From IMG/VR virus record IMGVR_UViG_3300028840_008160, positions 1 through 64,000 of that record: DNA of 64,000 nt. One strand, given 5' to 3'. Below are positions 27,499-36,613 of the stretch, one piece after another; the stretch's first letter is position 1; each line of letters begins with the position of its first letter. The position numbers and the translations under genes are program-made. The notes under the pieces are model-generated. The model searched no databases. It saw only the letters and a list, made by a program, of their open reading frames with translations, and had not been told where the DNA came from.

Positions 27499-28050
27499 AT
27501 GTTCCTGATTATAGAAGGAATTCATGATACAGGAAAGTCTACATTGATTGACAGGTTGTGCTCTAGTAAATTTGCCTTTGCGTTGTTTAAGGCTAAGCGA
27601 TTGATACCACAGTTTGAAGATGCAAAAAATGTTCAAGTATCTGATTTTGCTTTTGGTGTAAATTGTTCAGTTGTATGGTTTGCTAGTCAATTGTCAGAAA
27701 GACATCAAATAGTATTTGATAGATTGCATTTATCTGAATACGCTTATGGTCGAGCAATTCGCAATACTGATAAATTTGATGCAATACGTCGATTTGAAAT
27801 AATTGATCAAACATTGTCGACATTTAATGTTAAGTTAGTTTATTTAGAATGCGATTATGAAATAATACAACAACGACAGAAGAAGAAAAATGTTGTTTAT
27901 AGCAAAATTAGTTACGAAAAACTGACAGAAGCTTTTAATAATGCATTAAAAGTAACTAGATTACCTATATTGAGATTAAACACTGGTGAAAAAAATGAAA
28001 CATTAATATATCAAGAAGTATGCCGATTTTTGGAGGACAAATGCGATTGA
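27499..28050 (+). CDS. dNMP/thymidylate kinase-like P-loop kinase
   Basis: IIEGIHDTGKSTL Walker A and FDRLHLSEYAYG. Confidence 0.75.
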   Translation: MFLIIEGIHDTGKSTLIDRLCSSKFAFALFKAKRLIPQFEDAKNVQVSDFAFGVNCSVVWFASQLSERHQIVFDRLHLSEYAYGRAIRNTDKFDAIRRFEIIDQTLSTFNVKLVYLECDYEIIQQRQKKKNVVYSKISYEKLTEAFNNALKVTRLPILRLNTGEKNETLIYQEVCRFLEDKCD

Positions 28051-29147
28051 CTGCTGAAGAAAAATTAAGACGATATGCTAGAGATATTATTGGTACTACA
28101 GATCCATGTTTAATAACTCTTCAAATAGATTTGACAGATTTTTGCGTTTGTAAATGTAAAGGCTGTGAACATTGGAAATGGCCAGTTAAAACAAAATTTG
28201 ATACTGATGTTGTAATGAAAAACGTATTTCCTTTCCCATATAAAACAGAATCAACATTATTTAACAATCTGCAATCTGTTGTATTATCTGGTGGCGAACC
28301 ATTACTTCATCAAGATGTCGAATCAATTGTAAGTCATATCAACCATAGATATGCTAATGTTGGAATTATAACATCTGGTTTAGGAAAGAACAAGCTAGAT
28401 TGGTTGACTTTATCAAAAAATTGTCGATGGATACGATTTTCAACTGATGGGTTTACACCAGAAAATTATGCAGCAACTCGAGGCGTTAATTTATTTTCAA
28501 CGTGGTTAGACAATTTGCTAACGCTACTTGACGCTAATAAGAAAACAAAATGTCAAACGAGGCTTAATGTAACAATTCATGATTATAATATCAATAATTT
28601 CTCAGATAATTTGATAGATTTTCTTTTAGAGAATAAGCTAAATTTAGATGTTTATTTTTGGCTATCGAGGGAATTTATCGATGTATTGAGACAAGAAGGA
28701 GAAGCATCAATAAATTTGTCATTAAAGCTGCGAAATAAAATAGATGAATTACGAGACGAAGCAAAAACTAAAGGCTATCCAATGAAATTAATTGATGTAG
28801 GCAATGTTTTAAGGCATATGACTGGTCGTGAAGCTAAAAGTTATAAGTCATGTTATGCTGCACAAATGTTTGCTTTAATAGCAGCTGATGGAAATGTATT
28901 TCCGTGCTGCTATATGTACGAACCTGTGTTTGCTGTGGATAAACAGCAAACACAGTTTATTATAGGAAATGTTAATGAACAATCAATATTTGATATTTAT
29001 AATGGTCAACGCTATAAAGATGTTGTAGATAAATTCAGACGATGTAATAAGAAATTTTCTCAATGCGTTTTTTGTGATAGATATGATCATTTAAATGTGT
29101 ATTTAAATCAGTACAGAATTACAGATGATGAGCCAATATTCTTATGA
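28041..29147 (+). CDS. Radical SAM protein with SPASM/twitch domain
   Basis: CVCKCKGC (CxxxCxxC), SGGEPLLH, ADGNVFPCC...IGNV...CVFC; start at ATG 28041 after ggagg. Confidence 0.85.
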   Translation: MRLTAEEKLRRYARDIIGTTDPCLITLQIDLTDFCVCKCKGCEHWKWPVKTKFDTDVVMKNVFPFPYKTESTLFNNLQSVVLSGGEPLLHQDVESIVSHINHRYANVGIITSGLGKNKLDWLTLSKNCRWIRFSTDGFTPENYAATRGVNLFSTWLDNLLTLLDANKKTKCQTRLNVTIHDYNINNFSDNLIDFLLENKLNLDVYFWLSREFIDVLRQEGEASINLSLKLRNKIDELRDEAKTKGYPMKLIDVGNVLRHMTGREAKSYKSCYAAQMFALIAADGNVFPCCYMYEPVFAVDKQQTQFIIGNVNEQSIFDIYNGQRYKDVVDKFRRCNKKFSQCVFCDRYDHLNVYLNQYRITDDEPIFL

Positions 29148-29758
29148 AGCATTCTTTGCTGCGAAAAAAAGTAGATCAAATAGAACAACAAATATTCAAC
29201 TGCAAAAAGTGTGATGAATTATTTTCTTTACGTCAAAAGAAAGAGCACAATTGTCCTGTATTAGGTTTTGATTTTGATCATTATTTGTCAGCTAGAGTAT
29301 GTTCAATTTGTGAAGCGCCGGGTATTTATAAACCACATAAAGGTGAAATTTTAATTGAAAAGTTCGAAGACTTTCATAAAATTTATGATGACAGAATTCA
29401 GAATGTTGCGTTAATTGGCAAGCGGCTGATGTCAGTTTATGAGCAAGCAGGATTGACATGGCAAGACATACAGCATTTTAATGTTGTTTGCTGTAGTCCA
29501 CCTAATTATAGAAAACCACAAATTGAAGAGATAATGAATTGTCTGCAATTTTTGAAAGCGAGAATTAATTTAATACAGCAAATGAAAGTGATTGTAGCAT
29601 TTGGTCGAGTTGCTAAAAGCGCTGTTAGTAAATTTAAATTTGATGTGCCAATTATTCGATCACATCATCCGTCATATATTTATTCGTATATGCTAGAAAA
29701 TGAAAGAGTTGATTATGTCTCTGATATTGCTAATCAAATTAAAAAGGTATTACAGTGA
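29144..29758 (+). CDS. Uracil-DNA glycosylase superfamily protein (family 4-like, Fe-S)
   Basis: CKKC, EAPG, NVVCCSPPNYRKP..EI..C, FGRVA, HHPS. Confidence 0.75.
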   Translation: MKHSLLRKKVDQIEQQIFNCKKCDELFSLRQKKEHNCPVLGFDFDHYLSARVCSICEAPGIYKPHKGEILIEKFEDFHKIYDDRIQNVALIGKRLMSVYEQAGLTWQDIQHFNVVCCSPPNYRKPQIEEIMNCLQFLKARINLIQQMKVIVAFGRVAKSAVSKFKFDVPIIRSHHPSYIYSYMLENERVDYVSDIANQIKKVLQ

Positions 29759-29976
29759 ATCAGCATGTAATACAATTATCTGTTGATATAGCGATTATTG
29801 TTAATGATGTAGAGTTTAGACGCGCTAGAAGACAATTTAAAAGCATATTTCATTGGTCTCGTTTTTTAACAATTGAAGATATTCGCGGTCACAAAATGAC
29901 TACAAGAAAAAAGAATATTTTGTTGTTTGAGGAATCTGTAAATGAAAAAGAAAAAAAATATCAAGAAGCGGGTTAA
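29755..29976 (+). CDS. Small hypothetical protein
   Basis: GTGA overlap with the upstream stop. Confidence 0.45.
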   Translation: MNQHVIQLSVDIAIIVNDVEFRRARRQFKSIFHWSRFLTIEDIRGHKMTTRKKNILLFEESVNEKEKKYQEAG

Positions 29977-30352
29977 AACTAAGCAAAGTAATATTGTGCC
30001 TGTCATAATGGATGCACTTGACAGAACAAATCAAATGCTTAAAACTAGATTTAAAGTAAAGCATATAAATTATGTTCTTGATAATGGTGTAATTCAGAAA
30101 GGTTGGCTTATATCGAAAGAGCAAGATATTGATGAGGCAGTTAAATTGTTAGAAGTTCAAAACGCACCAGTATACATTTTAGGTCAATTTTATAGTGTCA
30201 TGTTTGGTTGGGATATTACAAAATCAACAATTATTGGCAGTTTATGGCGATATGGAAAAAAGGTAGATGAAATTAGAAGTGTCGATTTTGGCGAATTAAA
30301 ATTAATGATGCAAGATTGGTTCGAAAAGACAATGCAAGGAGAAAAAACATGA
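29942..30352 (+). CDS. Hypothetical protein
   Basis: In-operon ORF; stop overlaps next start. Confidence 0.55.
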   Translation: MKKKKNIKKRVKTKQSNIVPVIMDALDRTNQMLKTRFKVKHINYVLDNGVIQKGWLISKEQDIDEAVKLLEVQNAPVYILGQFYSVMFGWDITKSTIIGSLWRYGKKVDEIRSVDFGELKLMMQDWFEKTMQGEKT

Positions 30353-30621
30353 TTTATGAGTATCAATGTGCTCATTGTGAACATGTGCAAGAAGAAATTC
30401 ATGGCATGAATGACAATCCTGACATCAAATGTGAAAAATGTGGTAAAGAATCAAAACGTATTATTACAGGCGGCTCGGGTGTTATTTTTAAAGGTGGTGG
30501 TTGGACAACTAGCGATTCAAAATTTAAACAGTCAATGGGAAAGAAAAGTGAAAAAATGGGAAGAAAAGCTAAAGATCACGTACAATCTGTGACGAATCTC
30601 AAAGATTTGCCGCATCGATAG
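30349..30621 (+). CDS. FmdB-family zinc-ribbon protein
   Basis: MIYEYQCAHCEH...CEKCG...FKGGGW..TD-like motif; start at 30349 after aggag. Confidence 0.8.
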   Translation: MIYEYQCAHCEHVQEEIHGMNDNPDIKCEKCGKESKRIITGGSGVIFKGGGWTTSDSKFKQSMGKKSEKMGRKAKDHVQSVTNLKDLPHR

Positions 30622-30815
30622 ACCTTGCCAATATCTCTCTTGAAGTTGTAATCTATTTGATAACTTTAGTTGATTATTGGAGAAGTGGAATCTCCTACAA
30701 ATTATAGAAATGTTGATTCTAGAGTGAGTTGTGATGTCTCTAAGAATTTTCTGCGATAATCAATGTGACTACTGCTAGATAAAGATGAGATTTAAGACAA
30801 CTGAAAGGTTATAAA

Positions 30816-32759
30816 ATGGCAAATCAAAGTTCTATATATGACGAACAATCAATTAAAACATTAGATGAACGATCACATGTTCGTCTACGACCAGCAATGT
30901 ATATTGGCGACACTGGAATCTTCGGGTTACATCATTTGGTGTATGAAGTTGTAGATAATAGTATCGATGAAATAACTAATGGTTATGGTAACCTCATTAC
31001 TTGTAGAATTTATAATGATGGTTCAGTGTCTGTCGAAGATAATGGTCGAGGTATTCCTGTAGGTGTTCTTAAAGACAGCAAGAAATCAGCTGCTGAAGTT
31101 ATTATGACATCATTACATTCTGGTGGTAAGTTTGGTAATGACAGTTATAAAACGTCATCAGGTCTTCACGGTATTGGCGTATCAGCTGTAAATTTCTTAT
31201 CCGAAGAATTAGATCTTGTAGTTTGGCGCAATGGATTTGAATGGAAACAATCTTACGCTAAAGGTATACCGACAACTGCAGTTGAAAAAGGTTCAAGCAC
31301 TGATAAGACCGGAACATATGTTAAATTCAAACCCGATCACAAAATTTTTCAGACTGTCGACTTTCAATATAAAATATTGCATGATAGGCTGAAAGAACTA
31401 GCTTATTTGAATAAAGGTGTAAAAATCGTTGTCGTCGATGACAATACAAACGAAAAAGCTGAATTTTATTCAGATGGTGGTATTTCTGCATTTGTAGTCG
31501 ACTTAAATAGCAACAAAGAAACTGTGAGTCCTATCATTTATTTACAAGATGAAGTTCAAGTTAAAAACGAGAATGTTGAAAGCGGACCATATAATGTAAG
31601 TTTTGAAATTGCTATACAATATACAAAAACATATTCTGACATTGTTTATTCATTTGCAAATAATGTCAATACACGTGATGGTGGTACGCATTTAACTGGA
31701 TTTAAAAGTGCGTTGCTTGAAGCTATTGTTAAATATGCAGAACGAAAAAAATTATTTAAAGGCCTGCCGGTTAGACCGACTTCCAGAGATGTGCTAGAAG
31801 GATTGACGGCTGTTATATCTGTGAAACTGCCGAATCCTGAATTTGAAGGGCAAACAAAATCCACATTAGGCAATCCAGAAATCAAACCTATTATTAGAGA
31901 TCAAGCACTCGAAGCAATAACGGATTATTTTGGTAAACATGAATCTATTGCAATGGCAATTGCAGAAAAAGTATCGCAAGCATGCATTGCTAGAGAAGAA
32001 GCTAGAAAAGCAAAAGAAACAGTAAGACGGAAAAACATATTATCTACATTAGGTTCGTTGCCTGGAAAACTAGCTGATTGTTCAGATAAAAACCCAGAAA
32101 CATGCGAACTATTTATTGTTGAAGGTGATAGTGCTGGTGGTAGCAGTAAGCAAGGTCGTAATAGGAATTTTCAAGCAGTGTTACCAGTTAAAGGAAAAGT
32201 ATTGAACGTTGAAAAATGCGAATTGGCAAAAGTACTTGACAATGAAGAAATCAAATCATTGATAGCAGCAATAGGCATCGACATTAAAACTGGTGACATA
32301 TCAAAACTTAGATATGACAAAATCATTATTAGCTGTGATGCTGACGTTGACGGAGCTCACATTTCATCATTGTTATTGACACTGTTTTATCGATTTATGA
32401 AACAATTGGTTGTTGATGGTCATGTTTATTTGGCTCAACCACCATTGTATCGTGCTAAATATGGTAAAGAAGATTACTATATCATGGACGATGAAGAACT
32501 AGCTAAATGGAAAAAGACAGTTAAAAATCCAGAGAAAGCGATTATAACACGGTTTAAAGGTTTAGGAGAAATGAATCCTGAACAATTGTCAATAACAACA
32601 ATGAATCCGCAAACTAGAAAATTGGCAAGAGTTGTTGTAGCTGATGAAGACGAAACTGATCGTATTTATTCTATTCTGATGGGTCGAGATATTAATGCTA
32701 GACGAGAATATATAGTTCAAAATGCATTTATTGTTCATGAAGATGAAATAGATGCATAA
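30816..32759 (+). CDS. gyrB: DNA gyrase subunit B
   Basis: RPAMYIG, EVVDNSIDE, DNGRGIP, GGKF, GLHGIG, EGDSAGGS, PVKGK, DADVDG, RFKGLGEMNP; short form (647 aa). Confidence 0.93.
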   Translation: MANQSSIYDEQSIKTLDERSHVRLRPAMYIGDTGIFGLHHLVYEVVDNSIDEITNGYGNLITCRIYNDGSVSVEDNGRGIPVGVLKDSKKSAAEVIMTSLHSGGKFGNDSYKTSSGLHGIGVSAVNFLSEELDLVVWRNGFEWKQSYAKGIPTTAVEKGSSTDKTGTYVKFKPDHKIFQTVDFQYKILHDRLKELAYLNKGVKIVVVDDNTNEKAEFYSDGGISAFVVDLNSNKETVSPIIYLQDEVQVKNENVESGPYNVSFEIAIQYTKTYSDIVYSFANNVNTRDGGTHLTGFKSALLEAIVKYAERKKLFKGLPVRPTSRDVLEGLTAVISVKLPNPEFEGQTKSTLGNPEIKPIIRDQALEAITDYFGKHESIAMAIAEKVSQACIAREEARKAKETVRRKNILSTLGSLPGKLADCSDKNPETCELFIVEGDSAGGSSKQGRNRNFQAVLPVKGKVLNVEKCELAKVLDNEEIKSLIAAIGIDIKTGDISKLRYDKIIISCDADVDGAHISSLLLTLFYRFMKQLVVDGHVYLAQPPLYRAKYGKEDYYIMDDEELAKWKKTVKNPEKAIITRFKGLGEMNPEQLSITTMNPQTRKLARVVVADEDETDRIYSILMGRDINARREYIVQNAFIVHEDEIDA

Positions 32760-32770
32760 AAGGAGTAAGC

Positions 32771-35700
32771 ATGGCTGATGATGACAATGACATTGTAAAT
32801 GAAGATGAAGACGAAGATATTGTATGTGAAAACGAAGTTGTAAGTGAAGAAGGACAATTTGATGTCAAATCGCACGAAGTGTTGCCGAAGATGTATTTGG
32901 CTTATGCGCTAAGTGCAATTAAAGACAGATCATTACCTGATATACGTGACGGACTAAAACCTGTCGCGAGACGTATTTTGTTCGGAATGCATGAAATGAG
33001 TTTGACTCATTCTAAGCCAACTAGAAAAAGCGCAAGAGTCGTTGGTGAAGTCATGGGCAAATATCATCCTCACGGAGATGGGTGTTGGAGAGGCTCTGCC
33101 AACGTTCTTGAACTCAATGGTAAAATTCATCGTTTAAAAGACCTTGTAGGCAAGCAGATTTGGGTATTGGCTCATGATACAGAGAACAACAAGCCGGTCC
33201 CAGCAATTGCTCATTCATTTAGAATTACAAAGTTTGTCGATGAATTGTATCGTGTGACATTTTGGAATGGTGAAAAGATCGAATTGACAGACAATCATGA
33301 ATTGGAAAAATTATCAGGTGAATGGTCCAGGACTGATGCTTTGAATGTTGGTGATATAATCACTAATGGAATTATCACTAACAACGAATATCCTAAATTT
33401 AGAAGTTCAAATGAACGTATGTCAATAGGAAAGAAACTTCATCATATTGTTGGTGAACATATTCATGGTGAAGCTGAAATTTATCATCATAAAGACGAGA
33501 ATACGAAGAATAATTTGCCTGACAATATTGAACCGGTGACAAAGATCGCTCATGAAAAGCTTCATAAGAATTATGAAAAAGGTCTACGAAAAGGTAATGA
33601 AACTATGTTTCATGGTATCGATGAATTTCGTGAAGCTACAAGAAAGAAAAACTCTGAGATTATTAAAGCAGTGAATCAAAAACATTATCTTTTTAAAGCA
33701 ATTAAGATTCTTAAGATGATGATTGAAGATGATGTAGAACTTACAGAAGAAGTTTATAATAACTATCGAGTAAAAGTATATAATGGTACAACTCTAGAAC
33801 GACTTAAGATAAATGGCCATACTTTTGATGAGGTTGCTGGATATGCCAAGTCAAAAGAGAAACTTAGACTAATTGATACTTCATTAGCAAAAGGTCACAT
33901 TGAAAGTCTTAAAGTTGAAGAAAATAATGCTGATGAACATGTTTCAAGACAAAGTAATGATTCAAGAAAAAAAGGTCATTTACTCTATACGTCTTCAATA
34001 GTAGTTAGTGCATGCCTTGAAAATTATGGTTTAAATTTTAATATCAAAGACTATGATGATATTAGATGCGATTTGTGTGAAACAGATGACAATAATTTTT
34101 ATCCAAAATTTGAAACATTGACAAAATGGTTTGGGATAACTACAATCAATCAATTATTGGATTTAATGTCTCAACGAAATTTAATGATAATTAAGAAGAT
34201 TGAGACATTCAATGTTGATCATGAGCCTGTATATGATTTTACTGTAGATAAATATGAAAATATGTATATGCCTGTTGGCACGAATGAAAGAAACGAAACG
34301 AAACTAATTGTTGCTCATAATTCAATCTATGGTGCAGCGGTGAGGTTGGCACAACCTTTTACTACACGTTATCCGCTTATCATTGGTCAAGGAAATTTTG
34401 GGTCAGTTGAAGATAAACCGGCTGCAATGAGATACACAGAAATGAAAATGTCAGCAATATCAGATATGGTTGTTGCTGATATTGATAAAGCGACAGTTGA
34501 TTTTATGCCCAATTTTGATGGCACACTTAATGAACCCAAAGTTTTGCCGACAAGACTACCGTTGTTTTTATTGAATGGTTCTGTTGGTATTGCTGTTGGT
34601 ATGGCAACTTCTGCGCCGCCTCATAATTTGACGGAAATTATCGATGCTATGTTGACTTTCATTGATAATGAAGACGTCTCAATCTCTGAATTGATGCAAT
34701 ATTTAAAAGGACCTGATTTTCCATCTGGTGCATATATGTTTGACAACGGAATTCGTCAAATATATGAAACAGGTCGAGGGTCTGTAACTATAAGAGCGAA
34801 AGCTGAAATTGTTGATAACGGTAAAAGACAGAACATCATCATTACTGAATTGCCGTATCAATTAGACAAGTCTAAGTTAATCACTAGAATTGCTGATCTT
34901 TATAAGAAGAAAGAGAAGATTGAAGGTATTGATGGCATATCAGATATCAGAGATGAAAGTGATAAGCATGGTACGAGACTAGTAGTTGAATTACGACGCG
35001 GTGTTAGAGCCAAGGCTGTTTTAAACACATTGTTTCGGCGTACTGAATTACAAACAAAACAATCTTTTTTGATGCGAGCGTTGATCGACAATGTTCCAAA
35101 ACTTGTAACGCTTAAAGAAATTTTTGGTCATTTTGTCAATCATAGAAAAGATGTTATCACGAGACGAACTGAGTTTGAATTGAATCAAGCAGAAAAGAAA
35201 GCTCATATATTGCGCGGATATTTAGTAGTTTTTGATAATTTGGATGCAATTCTTGAAGATGTCAAAACTTCTAAGTCAACTGAGATGACATATAAACGTT
35301 TGCAGAAATATAAATTATCTGATGAACAAATCAAGGCAATTTTGGATTTACGCGTGCAACGTCTCGCTCAATTTGAGCGCGAAGCTATTGTGACTGAACA
35401 TAGTGAACTAATGACTAAGATTCACGGATTGAAGCAGTTACTAGATTCGGAAGTTTTAGTATTAGAAAAAATCAAAGAGGAATTGGCAGAAATTAGACAA
35501 CAATTTGGTGATGCTCGTAAAACTAAAATTATCAAAACCAGATCTAGATCAAACTCTGATGATGACGATGATAATAAAGAAGAAAGTTTAGATACAAGTG
35601 ATGAAACAATTGATGAGATTGAGGAGATTCAGGAGGAAGACGTTGTTGTTACTGTAACTCATAATGGATTGGTTAAACGGACGCCGGTGTCAGAATATCG

Positions 35701-36613
35701 TGTGCAGAACGTACGTGGTAAGGGTTTGATTGGAGTTGATGTTAAAGAAGAAGATTATGTTGAAAAAGTATTTCAATTATCAACGCATGATTATACATTA
35801 GTTTTTACTAATAAGGGTCATTGTTATAAAATGAATGTATTTGAGATACCGTCATTAGGCAGAACAGCTGCAGGAAGTTCAATACTCAATGTTCTTAACC
35901 TTAATGAAGATGAAATTGTTGCTAGTGTAGTACCAATTACTAATTTGCAGGACAAAATGTTTTTGATGGTTACAAGAAAAGGTCAAGTCAAAAAATTGAA
36001 AGCTGAAAAGTTGCAACGCCCACGAGCTAAAGGTACAAAAGTTGTTGGACTTGATGACAACGACGTTCTTATTGATGTTAAACTTATAGATCAGCCACAT
36101 TTGGATGCTTTGTTAGTGACGAGAAAAGGTATTTCAATACGATTTCCTGAAAGTGCTGTAAGAGCATCCGGTAAAAGTGGTTCAGGCGTTAGGGCAATCA
36201 AATTAGCTGATGATGATTGTATTGTTTCGGTAAATATGATATCTGAAGCTGACAATGAATGTTTTGTGATGCTAGTTACTGAACGAGGTTATTCTAAAAA
36301 GACTATATTACGCAAGTTTAGAACTCAACGTCGAGGTGGTCGCGGGATCATTTGTATGGATGCTAACACAACTGTTGGCAAAATTGTTTCGGCTGGTATT
36401 GTGTTAGACGAGAAAGAACAATTCATTGTTATGACAAGTCAAGGCATGCTTATACGATTGAAATCGGCTCAAATAAGAACATTAGGACGAAATACTCAAG
36501 GTAGTCGAATACAAAAACTAAAAATGACTGATTCAGTAGCTGCAGTTGCATATTTAGGAATTGTTGAAGAAAACGAATCTGACTCTGAACAATCTGAAGT
36601 CGAGGATGAATAA
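32771..36613 (+). CDS. gyrA: DNA gyrase subunit A, intein-containing
   Basis: RDGLKPV, YHPHGD, GQGNFGS, AAMRYTE catalytic Tyr, GIAVGMAT, beta-pinwheel CTD with QNVRGKG and QRRGGRG, acidic tail. Confidence 0.93.
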   Translation: MADDDNDIVNEDEDEDIVCENEVVSEEGQFDVKSHEVLPKMYLAYALSAIKDRSLPDIRDGLKPVARRILFGMHEMSLTHSKPTRKSARVVGEVMGKYHPHGDGCWRGSANVLELNGKIHRLKDLVGKQIWVLAHDTENNKPVPAIAHSFRITKFVDELYRVTFWNGEKIELTDNHELEKLSGEWSRTDALNVGDIITNGIITNNEYPKFRSSNERMSIGKKLHHIVGEHIHGEAEIYHHKDENTKNNLPDNIEPVTKIAHEKLHKNYEKGLRKGNETMFHGIDEFREATRKKNSEIIKAVNQKHYLFKAIKILKMMIEDDVELTEEVYNNYRVKVYNGTTLERLKINGHTFDEVAGYAKSKEKLRLIDTSLAKGHIESLKVEENNADEHVSRQSNDSRKKGHLLYTSSIVVSACLENYGLNFNIKDYDDIRCDLCETDDNNFYPKFETLTKWFGITTINQLLDLMSQRNLMIIKKIETFNVDHEPVYDFTVDKYENMYMPVGTNERNETKLIVAHNSIYGAAVRLAQPFTTRYPLIIGQGNFGSVEDKPAAMRYTEMKMSAISDMVVADIDKATVDFMPNFDGTLNEPKVLPTRLPLFLLNGSVGIAVGMATSAPPHNLTEIIDAMLTFIDNEDVSISELMQYLKGPDFPSGAYMFDNGIRQIYETGRGSVTIRAKAEIVDNGKRQNIIITELPYQLDKSKLITRIADLYKKKEKIEGIDGISDIRDESDKHGTRLVVELRRGVRAKAVLNTLFRRTELQTKQSFLMRALIDNVPKLVTLKEIFGHFVNHRKDVITRRTEFELNQAEKKAHILRGYLVVFDNLDAILEDVKTSKSTEMTYKRLQKYKLSDEQIKAILDLRVQRLAQFEREAIVTEHSELMTKIHGLKQLLDSEVLVLEKIKEELAEIRQQFGDARKTKIIKTRSRSNSDDDDDNKEESLDTSDETIDEIEEIQEEDVVVTVTHNGLVKRTPVSEYRVQNVRGKGLIGVDVKEEDYVEKVFQLSTHDYTLVFTNKGHCYKMNVFEIPSLGRTAAGSSILNVLNLNEDEIVASVVPITNLQDKMFLMVTRKGQVKKLKAEKLQRPRAKGTKVVGLDDNDVLIDVKLIDQPHLDALLVTRKGISIRFPESAVRASGKSGSGVRAIKLADDDCIVSVNMISEADNECFVMLVTERGYSKKTILRKFRTQRRGGRGIICMDANTTVGKIVSAGIVLDEKEQFIVMTSQGMLIRLKSAQIRTLGRNTQGSRIQKLKMTDSVAAVAYLGIVEENESDSEQSEVEDE
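33083..34321 (+). mobile_element. Intein (413 aa) with HNH homing endonuclease in gyrA
   Basis: Begins CWRGSA after HPHGDG; block B LTDNHE; block F VYDFTVDKYEN; ends IVAHN followed by Ser; internal HHKDENTKNNLPDNIE...H. Removing it restores HPHGDGSIYGAAVRLAQ. Confidence 0.92.
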
